Part shown: in pieces, positions 13,852-27,867 of the stretch
Layout: each line of letters begins with the position of its first letter
Position numbering within the stretch: position 1 is the stretch's first letter
DNA from: Octopus bimaculoides
Lineage: Eukaryota
DNA length: 64,000 bases
Assembly (NCBI RefSeq): GCF_001194135.2
Contig: NC_069004.1
Span: 19,777,751-19,841,750, forward strand
Direction: 5' to 3'
The notes under the pieces: model-generated
What the model saw: only the letters and a program-made list of their open reading frames with translations
Told to the model about the DNA's origin: nothing
Databases searched by the model: none
Program-made: the position numbers and the translations under genes

Positions 13852-16800
13852 TCATACATGTGAGAGCTTTGTAGTTTGCTTGAAGCATTGTAGTCTAGAA
13901 GTAGAAAATGAAAGGAAAGCTTCTCACAATGCAGAAAGTTTTACAAAAAAACTTTATATTTCAGGCAAAAAGGCTTATCTTCAGAAGAAAGCATTTCCAA
14001 GAAATGTGTATTTACATCAATCTTGTTATTTCATATTTAATTGCTCAGTGTTTGGATTATTTCCCTTCTCTTCCATTTTCTAATTCATACACCCAGGGTA
14101 CTGTTGTGTCTTGGGTATTTTTAGATCTAATGTAGGTAGCCCATCTCTCTCCAGCTCTGAAAACAGTACATTTGTTTGAGCATGAGAGACAGACAAGGCA
14201 TACCAAAAGAAAGTGAGGGGGAGTGGAGGGGGGGCAGAATCCAAATTAGTACTGGACAGCTACTTTGATTGATTGACCCCCAAAAGGATAAGAGGCAAAG
14301 TTGATTTTGGCAGAACGCAGAGAGATGGAACAATTATTGCAAAGCAATATATCTGATGCTCTACCGACTCCTCTGTGCATGAGTGTGTGTGTGTATGTGT
14401 GTGCATTAATGTATAGCTGGGTGGGTTTTCTCAAACATTCTGTATTGCTAAGCATCTTGGCCTTTTGTTTTTGTTTTTTTTCAATTTAGAAACTGGAAAA
14501 AGATGTGACAATTTCTCCTAATGGCATCGTATTTGTTAAAGAACACATTCGCAAAGGAATAATTTCAAGGTATTTATAAATAGTTTCTTTAATTTCTTCA
14601 AATTAATTATCATTTAAATAAATTTCTGAAAACCCTGGAACATGTGCGTGCGTGCGTGCATGCATGTTTATTTGTTTCTATGCATTTGTGTTTGTATATG
14701 AGTGTGTGTCTACTTGCATGAATGTATATTTTTTTCTTTTATCTTTTACTTCTTTCAGTCATTAGACTACAGCCATCTCTTCATGCAATAGATTGAGTTC
14801 ATTGAAGGGCCTTGAAATTTTAGGGATGTCCAGTTCTTTTCTTTTCTTTTTTTTTTCTTTTTTGTTTTTAACATTTTGACCTTATTTTTTTACTGTTGTA
14901 ATATAAAGACTTCAGGTTAACCATTTGGTCTTACAATATTATAGAATTTGTTATTGTTGGTGGTATGGTAATGTTGTTTTTCTGAACTCACTGCATTTAT
15001 TTGGATGCTTTTGGATTGCTTTGTAATCACAAAATAGCCAGTTCTTAATCAAATTGTGTAGAATTCTGGTCAGGTGTCTTTTACGGTTCCTTGGTCAGCC
15101 CAAGCTTTATAAGAGAAATTCTATTGACAGAAACTATATGGAATCCTGTAGAATAAGATTGCACTTATAATTTAAAAATTCACTCTTATCACATAATGTG
15201 CCAAGCTTATTATAATGCATCACCTAAGAATTGAATCAGGGACAGATGTGTCTCTGAGTGCTCAGCAGTTCATTGAGCTGATAGTTCAGTTGATCAACCT
15301 ACTGAATATTCAGTGTTGCAATAGAGATTCAAGAACTTATCAACTTCTCTGGTGTTAGTGCCACAATAAAGTGCGTCCTGTACACTCTATAAAGGATGGG
15401 GCGGAGAGGACCATTTTTGGTCTTGTCAAGGACATGACAACTCCTCTAGTGCTGGTGTTATTATATAATGCACCCTGTACACTCTGTAGAGTGGTTTGCA
15501 ATAAGAAGTACATCCACCGAAGAAACCAAGCTAAGATTAACACAAACAAACACCAGTTCATGAGAGCAGGGGCTTCCAATAAGAAATAGTTTGGATCATG
15601 GCAATTCATCCAGTCCATATCACCATTTGAAAGTGAATATAAAACGATGGTCATTTGCTTTTTTTTTGCTGACATTCAAATACTTGGCACCAACTGATTT
15701 GAAATGAAGGAACAAACCTTTATGCACAGACTTTCTGCGGGATTTAGTGAATATGCTTTACCTTTGCCATTTAAAGTTGATATTTAGAAAGCAAAAGTTT
15801 ATCATCTTATAATTGGGAGAGGATTAGTTTTTTTTTAATTTTTCTTTTTAAGTGTTGTGTTGCTGGAAGAACAGAGAAATTGTTATTTATATCATAAAAG
15901 AAGATATTTTAACCCTTTAACATTCAAACAAGTCGTATCCAGTCCAAATATTCTTCCTGGTCTATGTTGAAACCAGCCTAGATCAAGACTCTCTCACCTA
16001 CCTTTCTTAAAGTAAACAACCACATCATTGAAATCTTAAAGCTACAAGATAAGGCACGATTAATTCAAAGCAATGTGAATGAATAAGCATTACATTTGAC
16101 AGAGTAATCTGAATACTAAAGGATTAAATGGTGGGGTGGGGGTGGGGGGAATTTGATTCTCAGACAATAATGTTCTGTTACTGCTTTGATCCCTGTTTCA
16201 GTCATTTGATTGCAGAAATCAACCCCAAGAGTTATTCTTTGTAAGCCTAGTACTTATTCTATCGGTCTCTTCTGCCGAACTGCTAAGTTACGGTGTTGTA
16301 AACACACCAACACTGGTTGTCAAACAATGGTTGGGGGACAAACAGAGACCCCAAAACACACATAAATATATACATACATATATATTTACGACGGACTTCT
16401 TTCAGCTTCTGTCTACCAAATCCACTCACAAGGTTTTGGTCAGCCTGAGGCTATAGTAGACGATACTTGTCCAAGGTGCCACGTAGTGGGACTGAACCCA
16501 GAACCATTTGGTAAGCTTCTTACCACATAACCACACCTGCCCCTATATAATACATATTTTTCTTTGTGTTTTTCTAGGATGGTAGAAGAAATTTTGAATA
16601 CTCGTCTGATGGTCAAAAAATCAATGAAAAATTGTGATGACAAAGTAAGTCAAATTATCATTGTTCAGTTGCTTCTTTCATTTAAAAAAAGTTTTTTGAA
16701 AAAAAATGTTTTTTAATTTCTTTGCTTTAAATATTCTTTTTATCATAAAATCATTTTCTGTGCAGATCATTTGACAACTGGATTCATATTCATCAATTGT

Positions 16801-19800
16801 TTTCTACAGTATTGAAGTGGAATTTGGCCACAGCAAGGCTCCAAGCCTCACTCATCTGACATTTTCCACTGGTACCAAATATAAATACATACATACACTA
16901 TATGTACATATACAAAAAGAAAGAAATCAGTCTCCCTCATTATCATCATCATCTTTCAACAGCCATCTTCCATGCTGGCATAGGTTAGACCAGTGCTTCT
17001 CAAATTATCTGATGTGGTGTACTGACAGTTTTTTTATTTTCCAATGTGCCAAGGACTAGTAATATTTCTTAGTAATATTAATTTGTACCAGAAACAATAT
17101 ATATAATGAATATAATAAAAGTTGACAATTTTTTTTTTAATATTATATTTATTTTGTAAACAAATAATACAATATTATATAAGCATTTTACAATGTTTCT
17201 TTTTTTCTGGAAACTTGCTGCATACCGGCAGCTGATGGCTCGCAGACCAGCACCAGTCCATGGACCACCACTTTGAGTAGCACTGGGTTAGACAGTCTGA
17301 CAGGCCCCAATGGAGGGGTCAGAGGACTACATCATGCTCAAATACTTACTTTGGCACAGTTTACAGAGTGTACTGGGTGCATTTTTCATGGCATCCACAC
17401 CATGAGGTCACTGTGTAGCTTGACCTGGCTCTCCATCATTTACGAATTTTCCAGTTGATTCAGTCAACAGAACAGCCTGCTCATGAAATTAACATGCATG
17501 TGGCTGAGTACTCCACAGACACGTGTACCCTTAATGTAGTTCTCAGGGAGAATCAACATGTCACACAGTGTGACAAGGCTGACCCTTTGAAATAGATACT
17601 ACTCATTTTTGCCAGCTGAGTGGACTGGAGCAATGTGAAATAAAGTGTCTTGCCCAAGGACACAATGTACCACTGGGAATCAAACTCGTAGCCTTACAAT
17701 CATGGGCTGAATACCCTAACCACTAAGCTATGTCCCTTCACCATGCAGCCCACAAGACTTAAGATCCCCTTCAACTGACTGACTACAGTAGAGAGGGAAG
17801 CAGTTTTATGCTTGGAGGTTAAAGGTTAGAGTATGAAGGAAGGGCCAGAACAGGGTTCTTGCTGTAGAGGAGATACATGGATGCTGACATTATACAAGAT
17901 TGGGTTGGAGTGATTGGTGTGGAGCTGAAAAAAGAGAGAGACAAAGATGGTGGTGATTTCATTCAGATGACATTGGTTGACCTGAAACAATGGTGGAACC
18001 CTAGGGATTGAACCAGAAACCATGTGATTGTGAAACAAACATCTTAACCACATAGCTGGTGGGGGTGTTTTTTCTTCTTTTTTCTCATATTTCTTTTCTT
18101 TAATCTACAGAATCTGCTGAAATTGTTGCATGCCCGACAGCTGGGGCTAAAGCTGATTGCCAATGTTACCTATGGTTATACGGGGGCCAATTTCTCTGGA
18201 AGAATGCCCTGTATCGAAGTAAGTAGTTACTATTTCTTTACATTTTCTACTGTGATTATTGTAAACAAGTTTTAAGATTGTGAAATGCTGACATTCTTCA
18301 TTCCATTCCTATCCTCTTTTTTTTTTTTTAATAGCCTACAAGGTACAATGGCTGTGGCGGTAAAGTACTGGACTGCAGACCACATGGTCATAAGTTCAAA
18401 TCTTACAACCATCATTGGTTTGTATTTTTGAGTAAGAGCTCTAAATTTTGCTTGTATTACTCTTAACCCTGAGACCAAGCCAAAGCAGATTATGGGACCC
18501 GGTGCAGCCCCTGACCTTACCAGTTTCTGTCAAGCTGCCCAACCCATTCCAGCGTTGAAAATGGATGTTAAATGATGATGATGATGATGATAGCACAAGG
18601 TCTGGTTGTAAGACTGTTTTAAGGTTGGGTATTCAACTCCCCAGACTGGTCTACATGTGGTATCTTTAGACTAGGTCCTTCACTTCATGTTGCTCCATCT
18701 ACTTCCGTTGAAAACTGAGTCCCAGCATCAACTGGGAATAACATCATGACAAACTGGCATCCTGGCAAAGGTAAAAGCTTCAAAGATTGGAGTAACAACT
18801 GCTGTTTCATCTATATTGTAGAAAGGTTATCATGATTGCTGAAGTTGTTCAATGCCTTGGCTCAGGGCCATCTTAAGACATGTGCATACAGGGAAATTGC
18901 CCAGGGACTGACTAGTCTAGGGGCTCAATTCTGATCTATGTATATTGTGTCTTGTCAATAAAAAGTACTATAGGGCCCAGTGAATTGATTTACTCTAGGG
19001 CCTATAAAGCCGTTAAGATGGCCCCACCTCAGCTGATACTGTTAGCTTGCAGTGCTTAATTCAATTTCTGGCTGACACCAACAAATGCCATCTTTCTGTT
19101 AGTTCTATTGCAACTACAGTGCATACTTTGTGTAGTCACTCACCATTAAACCTAACCTTTCCATTTTTAACACAGGTGGGAGACAGCATTGTACGAAAGG
19201 CTCGAGAGACACTGGAAAAAGCAATAAAATTGATTGAAGATACACCTAGTTGGGGAGCAAAAGTGATATATGGAGATACAGACAGGTAAGTTAATGACAG
19301 CTGATTCTGTGATCTTTCTGGGAACATCTTTAACCCTTTAGCATTCAGATTTTTTCCATCAAATGTAATGATTATTTATTCACATTGATTTGAATTTGTC
19401 ATGCATTACCTTATAGCTTTGAGATTTCAATAATGTAATTGTTTATTTTTAGAATAATATTGTAGAGTAAGTGTGAGAGGCTGGATGGATCTGCCCAGTT
19501 TGAAGATAAAACAGAGCTGAATATGGCCAGTTTGAAATCTTTGAAATTTACATATATACAAGATGGTCTATAAATTTGAAAAACATTCAGAAAAACAAAG
19601 GAGAAATGAACAACTTAGAGTTTATTGAAAATCACAGGCAGGCACAAGTGTGGCTTTGTGCTAAGAAGCTTACTTCCCAACCACAAACCTCCTGGTTCAG
19701 TCCCACTGCATTGCTTGGGCAAGTATCTTCTACAGTTTCTGGCTGACCAAACTCTTGTGAGTAGATTTGGTAGAGGGAGAATGAAAGAAGCCCATATATC

Positions 19801-22800
19801 TATGTGTGTATGTCTTTGTTCCCCTCCCCACTGCTTGACAACTTGTGTTGGCGTGTTTATGTCCCCATAACTTAGCTGTCTGGCAAGAGAGACTGAGAGA
19901 ATAAGTACCAAGCTTAAAAAGAAAATGAGTACTGGAGTTGATAAATTCAACTAAAAATTCTTCAAGTCTGTGCCCCAGCAGTCCAATGCTGTAGTCTAAT
20001 GCCTGAAACAGGGAAAAGATAAAAGAAAAGAAAGTGTAAGACAAAGTTTTCTTAGAAACATCAGAGCACTTCCACACAGGCTTCATTGGTTGCATGCAAC
20101 CTGATGAGTTATCCCTAATATTTTTCAAATTGTAAAGGTAATTTATGGATACCCTGTATTTTGATCTAGGGTCATAGAAGTTTTTGAAATTTACAGACAA
20201 TTTGATCTTAAATCAAATTGTAGCATATATACTAACATATGGGACAGGGAAGTGAAGACACATGGCTCAGTGGTTAGAGTGTCGAGCTTACGATCGTGAG
20301 CTTGTGAGTTTGATTTCCGGACCAGGCTGTGTGTTGTGTTCTTGAGCAAGACATTTTATTTTTTCATGTTGCTCCATTTCACTCAGCTGTAGAAATGAGT
20401 TGTGACATCACTGGTGCCAAGCTGTATCGGCCTTTGCCTTTCCCCTGGATAACATCAGTGGCATGGAAAGGTGAGGCTGGTATGCATGGGCAAATGCTAG
20501 TCTTCCATAAATAACCTTGCCTGGACTTGTGCCTCGGAGGGTAGCTTTCTTGGTGCAATCCCATGGTCATTCATGACAGAAGGGGGTCTCCTCCAAAAGG
20601 ACAGGGAATCTTTTGAAAATCATACAGTTTGATCTAGGATCAAACTGTAGCATACATGCCCCATTTCCTTTCCAGAATTTTTTGATTGGTGAGAGCTTGT
20701 GTTAACTGAAATCTCATATTATCATTCATTTTATGAGATTTTGGTAGGAAACATAAATGCTTCAGTCTGAGCAATTCTAGGTGACTTGATATCCTCCTTC
20801 TTCTGTGAGTGAACTCAGACACTCCCAATAAATGACCCCCACCAGTAGGCAGATTTTCCAATTTTATTCCAGTCTTGCACACATTGGTTGTTATAATAAA
20901 GCTTGGTTAATCTCTCCATCAAATGCTGTGGATAAGCTTCCAAACCAACTGATTTACTGTCTCAGTACAACCTCATCTTGACTCCTCGGACAGGGACCGA
21001 TAAATCTTAACACTTTAGAATTTAAACCAGCCATAACCAGCCCAAATATTCTACATGTTTTATGTTCAAACCTGCTAGATCTGGTCTCTCTCACCTATCC
21101 TACAATGTTGTTCTAAAAATAAAGTCACACATTTGATATCTCAAACTATGATTAATTCAAAACAATGTGAATAAATAAACATTACAATTGACAGTTTTTA
21201 TTGGAAATAGGTTACCATAAAGTTCAGCATTGGGTTTGATTCCTTCCATAATATATTGAATGTTGTGCATAGAAATCTTCTGTGCCTTGAAGCTGATTTT
21301 GCAGAGCTTGGATAGTGACTTGGTATTAAGTAATAAATACTTAATCTAACCAGTCTATAATTAACCAATCTAGTATTTTTTTTTCCATACTTTCAGTATC
21401 TTTATCCAGTTGAAAGGTTACAGTAAAGAAGGTGCCATCATACTGGGCCAACACATTGCACAAGTTGTAACAGAGAACAATCCTAAACCTGTTAAACTGA
21501 AATTCGAGAAGGTAAGTCAATGTTCGGTTGAATAGACTGTGCTCTTTAATATACAAGCATCACCTAGGCATTGGTGTGGCTATGTGGTAAGAAGCTTGCT
21601 TCCCAATCACATGGTTCTAGGTTCAGTACCTGGTACCTTGGGCAAGTGTCTTCTACAATAGCCAGAGGCTGACCAAACCCTTGTGAGAGGATGTGGTAGA
21701 CAGACATTGAAAGAAGCCCATGAGCCCATCATATATGTGTTAGTGTGTATATGTTTGTGTATTTCTTGCCAATGTATATTAATGAAAGATCTAAATACTG
21801 GTTTCACACTTTGTCACAAGGCCAGCAACATCAGGAAAGTAGAACAAGTCAATTGTATCAACCCCAGTGATTGACTGGTACTTACTTTATCAACCTTGAA
21901 AGGATGAAAGGCAAAGCTCACCTCAGCATCATTTGAACTCAGAACATAAAAATAGACAAAACACCACTAAGCATTTTGCCTGGTGCAGTAACAATTCTGC
22001 CAGCTCACCGCCTTAGAAAGAGCTAAAATATTGGCAATAAAAACAATAAATTGGTGCATTTGAATAAAAATGCTTTGTGCTATTTATCCTCTTGCCAAGG
22101 TAGCAGGTATTCTCACCATTGTAGATGCAACGAAACTAGTAAACCCATAACTAATATGTCATTCTTGTTCACAAAGTACAATTAAAAAAATAATAAACCA
22201 TGTTTCATTTTTTTTCTGTTTGTTTGTCTCAGGTGTATCTACCATGTGTACTGCAAACTAAAAAGCGGTACTCAGGGTTTATGTACGAGTCTGTTAACCA
22301 GAAGGAACCAGTGTTTGATGCCAAAGGAATTGAGACAGTGAGGCGAGATGGATGTTCTGCTGCTAGTAAGGTAATTTAAACTCTTGAGTTTCATTGTTTA
22401 TCATCATCATTATTTAATGTCCACTTTTCGATGTTTGCCATGGGCAGACAGAATTTGTTGAGGTGAATCTTCTATGGCTGAATGCTCTCTCTCTGTTAGC
22501 AACCCTCATTTCCCGTGGCCAGACTATTGGAAATGAAGGATACTGCTTGTATGACAGTGACACTTGCTTACAGCTATCACATGATGTCAAGGGAAAGAGA
22601 CAGTAACACACACACACACATGTATGTGTGCATGTGTGTATATATATAAATTAAAACAGAAATGAAAAGGCAAACCATTTGGCAAGGAAATTTCATTTAG
22701 ATACATAAGAAAAAGGCATACATAGACACAGGCTTCCTAATCACGTGGTTCCGGGTTCAGTCCCACTGTGTGGCACCTTGGGTGTCTTCTACTATAGCCT

Positions 22801-22857
22801 CAGGCCAACCAAAGCCTTGAGGGTGGATTTTGTAGAAGGAAACTGAAAGAAGCCTGT

Positions 22858-22892
<35 letters not shown>

Positions 22893-25800
22893 GTGTGTGT
22901 CTGTATTTGTCTCCACGGCCATCACTTGATAACTGATGTTGGTGTTTACAGCCTTGTAACTTAGCGGTTCAGCACAAGAAACCGATAGAGTAAGCACTAG
23001 GCTTACAAAGAATAAGTCCAGGGGTCAATTTCTTTGACTAAAAGGTGGTGCTCCATCATGGCCACAGTTAAATGACTGAAACAAGAATAGTCTCTAACAG
23101 CTGTTTCTAGAATATCCAAGCTATTGGAACTTTGTGCCGAGTGAACATTCCATAGGCTGAGTATACTGTTATCAGAGAGGGAGAGATTACGCAGATGTAA
23201 CAGTGAAGGAGTATTACTCGCACATACACATGGGCATGGTTAGGTGGTTGAGATGCTAACTTTACAATTACATGGTTTCAGGTTCAGTCCCACAACATGA
23301 TGGCATGTTGGTTAAATGCCTTCTGCAATAGTCCCAGGTCAACCAAGAGTGAATTTGGTAGATGGAAACTGTGTAAAGGATTGTCATAGTGTGTATGTGT
23401 TCTGGAAAATGTGGTTCAGACAAACAACAAAGAAATTTACAAGAACAAAAGGACAACTCAAATGGATGTGCACAAGTCTGGTCCTTTCATCAATTGTGAA
23501 ATGGAAAGCATCACAATTCCAGTACCAAAGACATTATTGTTTTCTTCCAGTGAGGGTACATGTGAGCGCACATAGCCCTGTGCTGGCATCACATAAAAGT
23601 ATTCATGCCAGTGCCAGGTTAAAAGCACCCAGCACACACTGTAAAGTGGTTGGAGGGTTAGGAAGGACATCCAGCCATAGAAACCATAACGAAATCAGAC
23701 TGGAACTTGGTACAGCTCTCCAGCTCTTGTCAAATTGTCTAACCCATGCCAGGCATGGAAAACGGACATTAAAGGAGGAAGATGGCAGGGTTACTAATGG
23801 GAAAAAATGCAAAATGAAATGAACAGAAGGTACCAAAGGTCTTTCAACTGAAATGAAAAAAAAAATTAATGGAAGATTTTGTATCTTAAAAATAAAATAC
23901 TTGTTTTCCTACTTTCAGATTTTGGAACGCTCTCTCAAGATTTTATTCACCACACGTGATGTGTCTCGAGTGAAAAACTATGTACAGACACAATGTCGCA
24001 AAATGCTGGAAGGCAAAGTCAATCTACAGGATTTTGTGTTTGCTAAAGAATATCGTGGTATGAACACTTATCGCCCTGGCGCCTGTGTTCCAGCCTTGGA
24101 AATTGCAAAGTAAGTGAAAGTGTAAGCATGTATGCTTCTTTTACCACTTTTTATATGCAACTAGGTCTACATTAAAAGATTTTGGTGCCCCCATGTACAT
24201 GTAATTCAAAATTTAAACAATAGTAAACTGTAAAATAAATTATTTTTCAAAATGAAACAAAACTGTAAGATGGAAAATAATGTTTATTTTTGTTTCCTTC
24301 CACTTTATATTTGAAAAGCTTTCACACGATCTCAGATCAGGTCGCTTGCTATGCAAGTACATCGCCGCAATTTCTACTTTTTTTATTGCAAAGTCTTTGA
24401 TCAAATCTTTTTGTAAGATGGATGTAATTTGAGATTAGCTGCTATTTTTAGCAGAGTGAATGACTGTGTAGAACAAGTTTGGACAACCCTTTTCAGGAAG
24501 CAGACCTGAGAACTATGTTAAGGCTACACATGTTTGTAGAGTGCTCAGCCACTTGCATGTTAATTTCACGAGCTGGCTGCTCATTGATCAGATCAACTGG
24601 AACCCTCGTCGTCATAACCAATGGAGTGCCAGTTTAGTTCTCACTCCCAGAATCATCAGTGTTGGGTAAAATGTTTTGAGGCACTTGTTCTGACTCAGTG
24701 CACTTTGAGTTGAAGTTTTACCAAGGTCAACTTTACCATTCGACCTTTCTCATTTGATAAATAAGGTACTATCCCATCTGATGGGTTAATGGGATCGTCA
24801 GAGCAGCAGACAGGATGCTTCATGAGACCTATTCTGAATGCAATGTCTGTGATGACACATGCTTCTTATAATCACAAAATTAGACTCAAAGAGGAAATTA
24901 AAGAACTGTGTGGAGGAAGAAACCAAAAGGTAGAGAGTTACTGTAACAGATTAAAGTGACAGGAAGGAGGATAAGAGGAGTATTTATAAAGGGACAGGTG
25001 GGGTAATACCTCTATGTAGTGATGTTCTAACCATTTCATCATCATCATCTTTTAACGTCTGTTTTCCATGCTGGCATGGGTTGGACAATTGGTCCGAAGC
25101 TGGATGCCCTTCCTAATGCAATCCAATTTACAGTGTGTGCTGGGTACTCTTAATGTGGCACTGGCACGAGCACTTTTACATGGTGCCACCACATGCTTTT
25201 TTACGTGGCACCAGCACAGGACCCCTACAGGCCAATCCTCTTCACCAAGAAATGCAATCTTAACACTATTGCCATGGAGGACAGGTCTTCTTCAATTGTC
25301 AACAAATTGGTTACTGGCTTTGTGCCTCTGAAGATGAGTAAAATAAGAGATCCCTTACATGAAAAGCAGATGAGGGTTAGCAACAAGAAAGGCATCCAGC
25401 CGTAAAATAAATTTTTTAAAGACTACAATATTACATTCCATTGTAGCATGGAAAAAAAAGTCAAAAACAAATATTTGAAAAATATATTCTTAAATATTTT
25501 TTGTTTACTGTCATACTTAAAAAAAATTCTAATTTTTATTTAAAAAAAAAAACAACAGGAAACTGATCCAACATGATCATCGAGCAGAACCCCAATCTGG
25601 AGAACGAGTTCCTTATATAATTGTGTGTGGAGAACCAGGCTTACCCTTGATTCAACTTGTTCGTCAACCATTGGAAGTACTTGGTGATTCTAGCTTACGT
25701 TTAAATACCAACTACTACATCACTAAGGCAATTTTACCACCTTTGCAACGAATCTTCTCTCTGCTTGGAATCAATGTTTTTAAATGGTATTCCGATTTAC

Positions 25801-27264
25801 CCAGAGTAGTCAGATATACCCACCATTCTGTACCTGAAGAAAAGAAAAAGGTATTGTTCTTATATATATATATATACATATTTGGTCTTTGATTTTAAAA
25901 AATCCTCACACATTCATAAGAAAAATGTTAATAATTTTCATTCATTTTTTACCTTTTTTTTTATTGTTTAGTTAGGGGGAGAAACAGCAGTATCCATGAC
26001 CCTTTCCAGGGCCTCTGAGACTGGTGGGAAAGAGGGAGAAAGAGCAGGAAGTATCCCCAATCCAGAGAACTAGCCCAAATGCTTGCAATAGGTAGATTCC
26101 ACTAAAGATCATCATCATCACCACCATCTGGTCTGGTGACTTGCCTAAATCAATTCAGCTCTTCCATGCCAGGTATTCTTATTGAATAATGTGGCATGAA
26201 CGTTTGGTTTGGGTTTTAGTCACATTGGTCTTTCACTAACTGAAATATCTCATCTGCCCACATCATGATTAAAGGTGGTAACAATTGTTTGCTAAGTGGA
26301 CAGGCTGATCCTGGTCATTGACAGTTTGTTATCTGTTCACCTGTGCAGTATCGATGTGATATCTGCCATTGACTCAATAAGTTCATCTGCTGAAACAGTT
26401 CACGTTCACCATGCTGCATCCCACAATTTTAATGTGTCATGGTTCAGGTGGTTACATGTTATTTAACTCATTGTTGGGACCCTGACAGGTGCTACTACTC
26501 TGGATCAGAGTAGACCTGTGAACAATAGTTGCCAAAGAGGTAGTTCCACACTCCTTAAAACCCTGGAAAATTCAAACCAGAGCCCCGTGACTGGACGTGG
26601 TTTAAAGTCCTACTCAGGACATTAAAGATGCACACTAAATGTAGCCAATGGTCAGGTAGTGGTTTTAAACTGTGTGAGGGATCAAGTCTGCCACCAAGAT
26701 CGATCGTGATGGGATTTGAACTCAGAATGTAGAGAGCCTGAACAAATACTGCAGGGCATCCCATCTGATGCACTAGCAAGCCAAAGATGTGAAGTGGATG
26801 AATGAAAAAGCATCAAAAGGTTTGACAGAATGGTGGGTAGATAGATGCTTCTTATAATCACAAAATTAGAGTCAAAGAGGAAGATTAAAGTACACACACA
26901 CGTGTATGTATATATATATATCTTGTGTGTACATTTAGATGTGCTACTGTTGAGTTTAGAGCTCTACGTAGATTATCATAATCCAGTTCACTTCCAGTAT
27001 AGAGGCTTAACTATTACTGTATTTAGTAGTATTATCACTAGTTACGATATACAGGGAAAATACTATCTTTACTCTTTTACTTGTTTCAGTCATTTGACTG
27101 TGGCCATGCTGGAGCACCGCCTTTAGTCAAGCAAATTGACTTCAGGACTTATTCTTTGTAAGCCTAGTACTTATTCTATCAGTCACTTTTGCCGAACCGC
27201 TAAGTTACGGGAATGTAAACACACCAGCATCGGTTGTCAAGCGACGTTGGGGGAACAAACACAG

Positions 27265-27320
<56 letters not shown>

Positions 27321-27834
27321 GACAGGCTTCTTTCAGTTTCCGTCTACCAAATCCACTCACAAGGCTTTGGTCGGCTCGAGGCTATAGTAGAAGATGCTTT
27401 CCCAAGGTGCCACACAGTGGGACTGAACCAAGAACCATGCGGTTCGTAAGCAAGCTACTTACCACACAGCCACTCCTACGCCTATGTTGGAAAAATTGCA
27501 ATAAACAGAAGTTTAAATCATTTGTTCCTACTTAATTTTCACCATTGTAATTGTTTGGATCTCTGCATTTGGATGTTCACAATGCAACTGGACACTTGAC
27601 CATAATAGATCATCAAGGAACACTTTATTGCATTATGTAACAGAGAACTGGTTCCCTGATGATGCATTTTGGGGTGAGGCATCCAATGCAAAGTTCCAAA
27701 CAATCACAATGGTGAAATTATGTTGGGACAAATGATATAAAATTTGTGCTTATCATAATTTCTCCTTTCTCCATAGTAACTGCGGTGAATTTGCCTTCAG
27801 AAATTGAAATATGTTACAAATATATTTTAACTAA

Positions 27835-27867
<33 letters not shown>

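Noticed and set aside
15355-15675. 106-aa minus-strand ORF with a hydrophobic stretch
   Set aside because: No recognisable family or splice context; it lies antisense in a REV3L intron and shares short similarity with ~9930-10060, suggesting a repeat.
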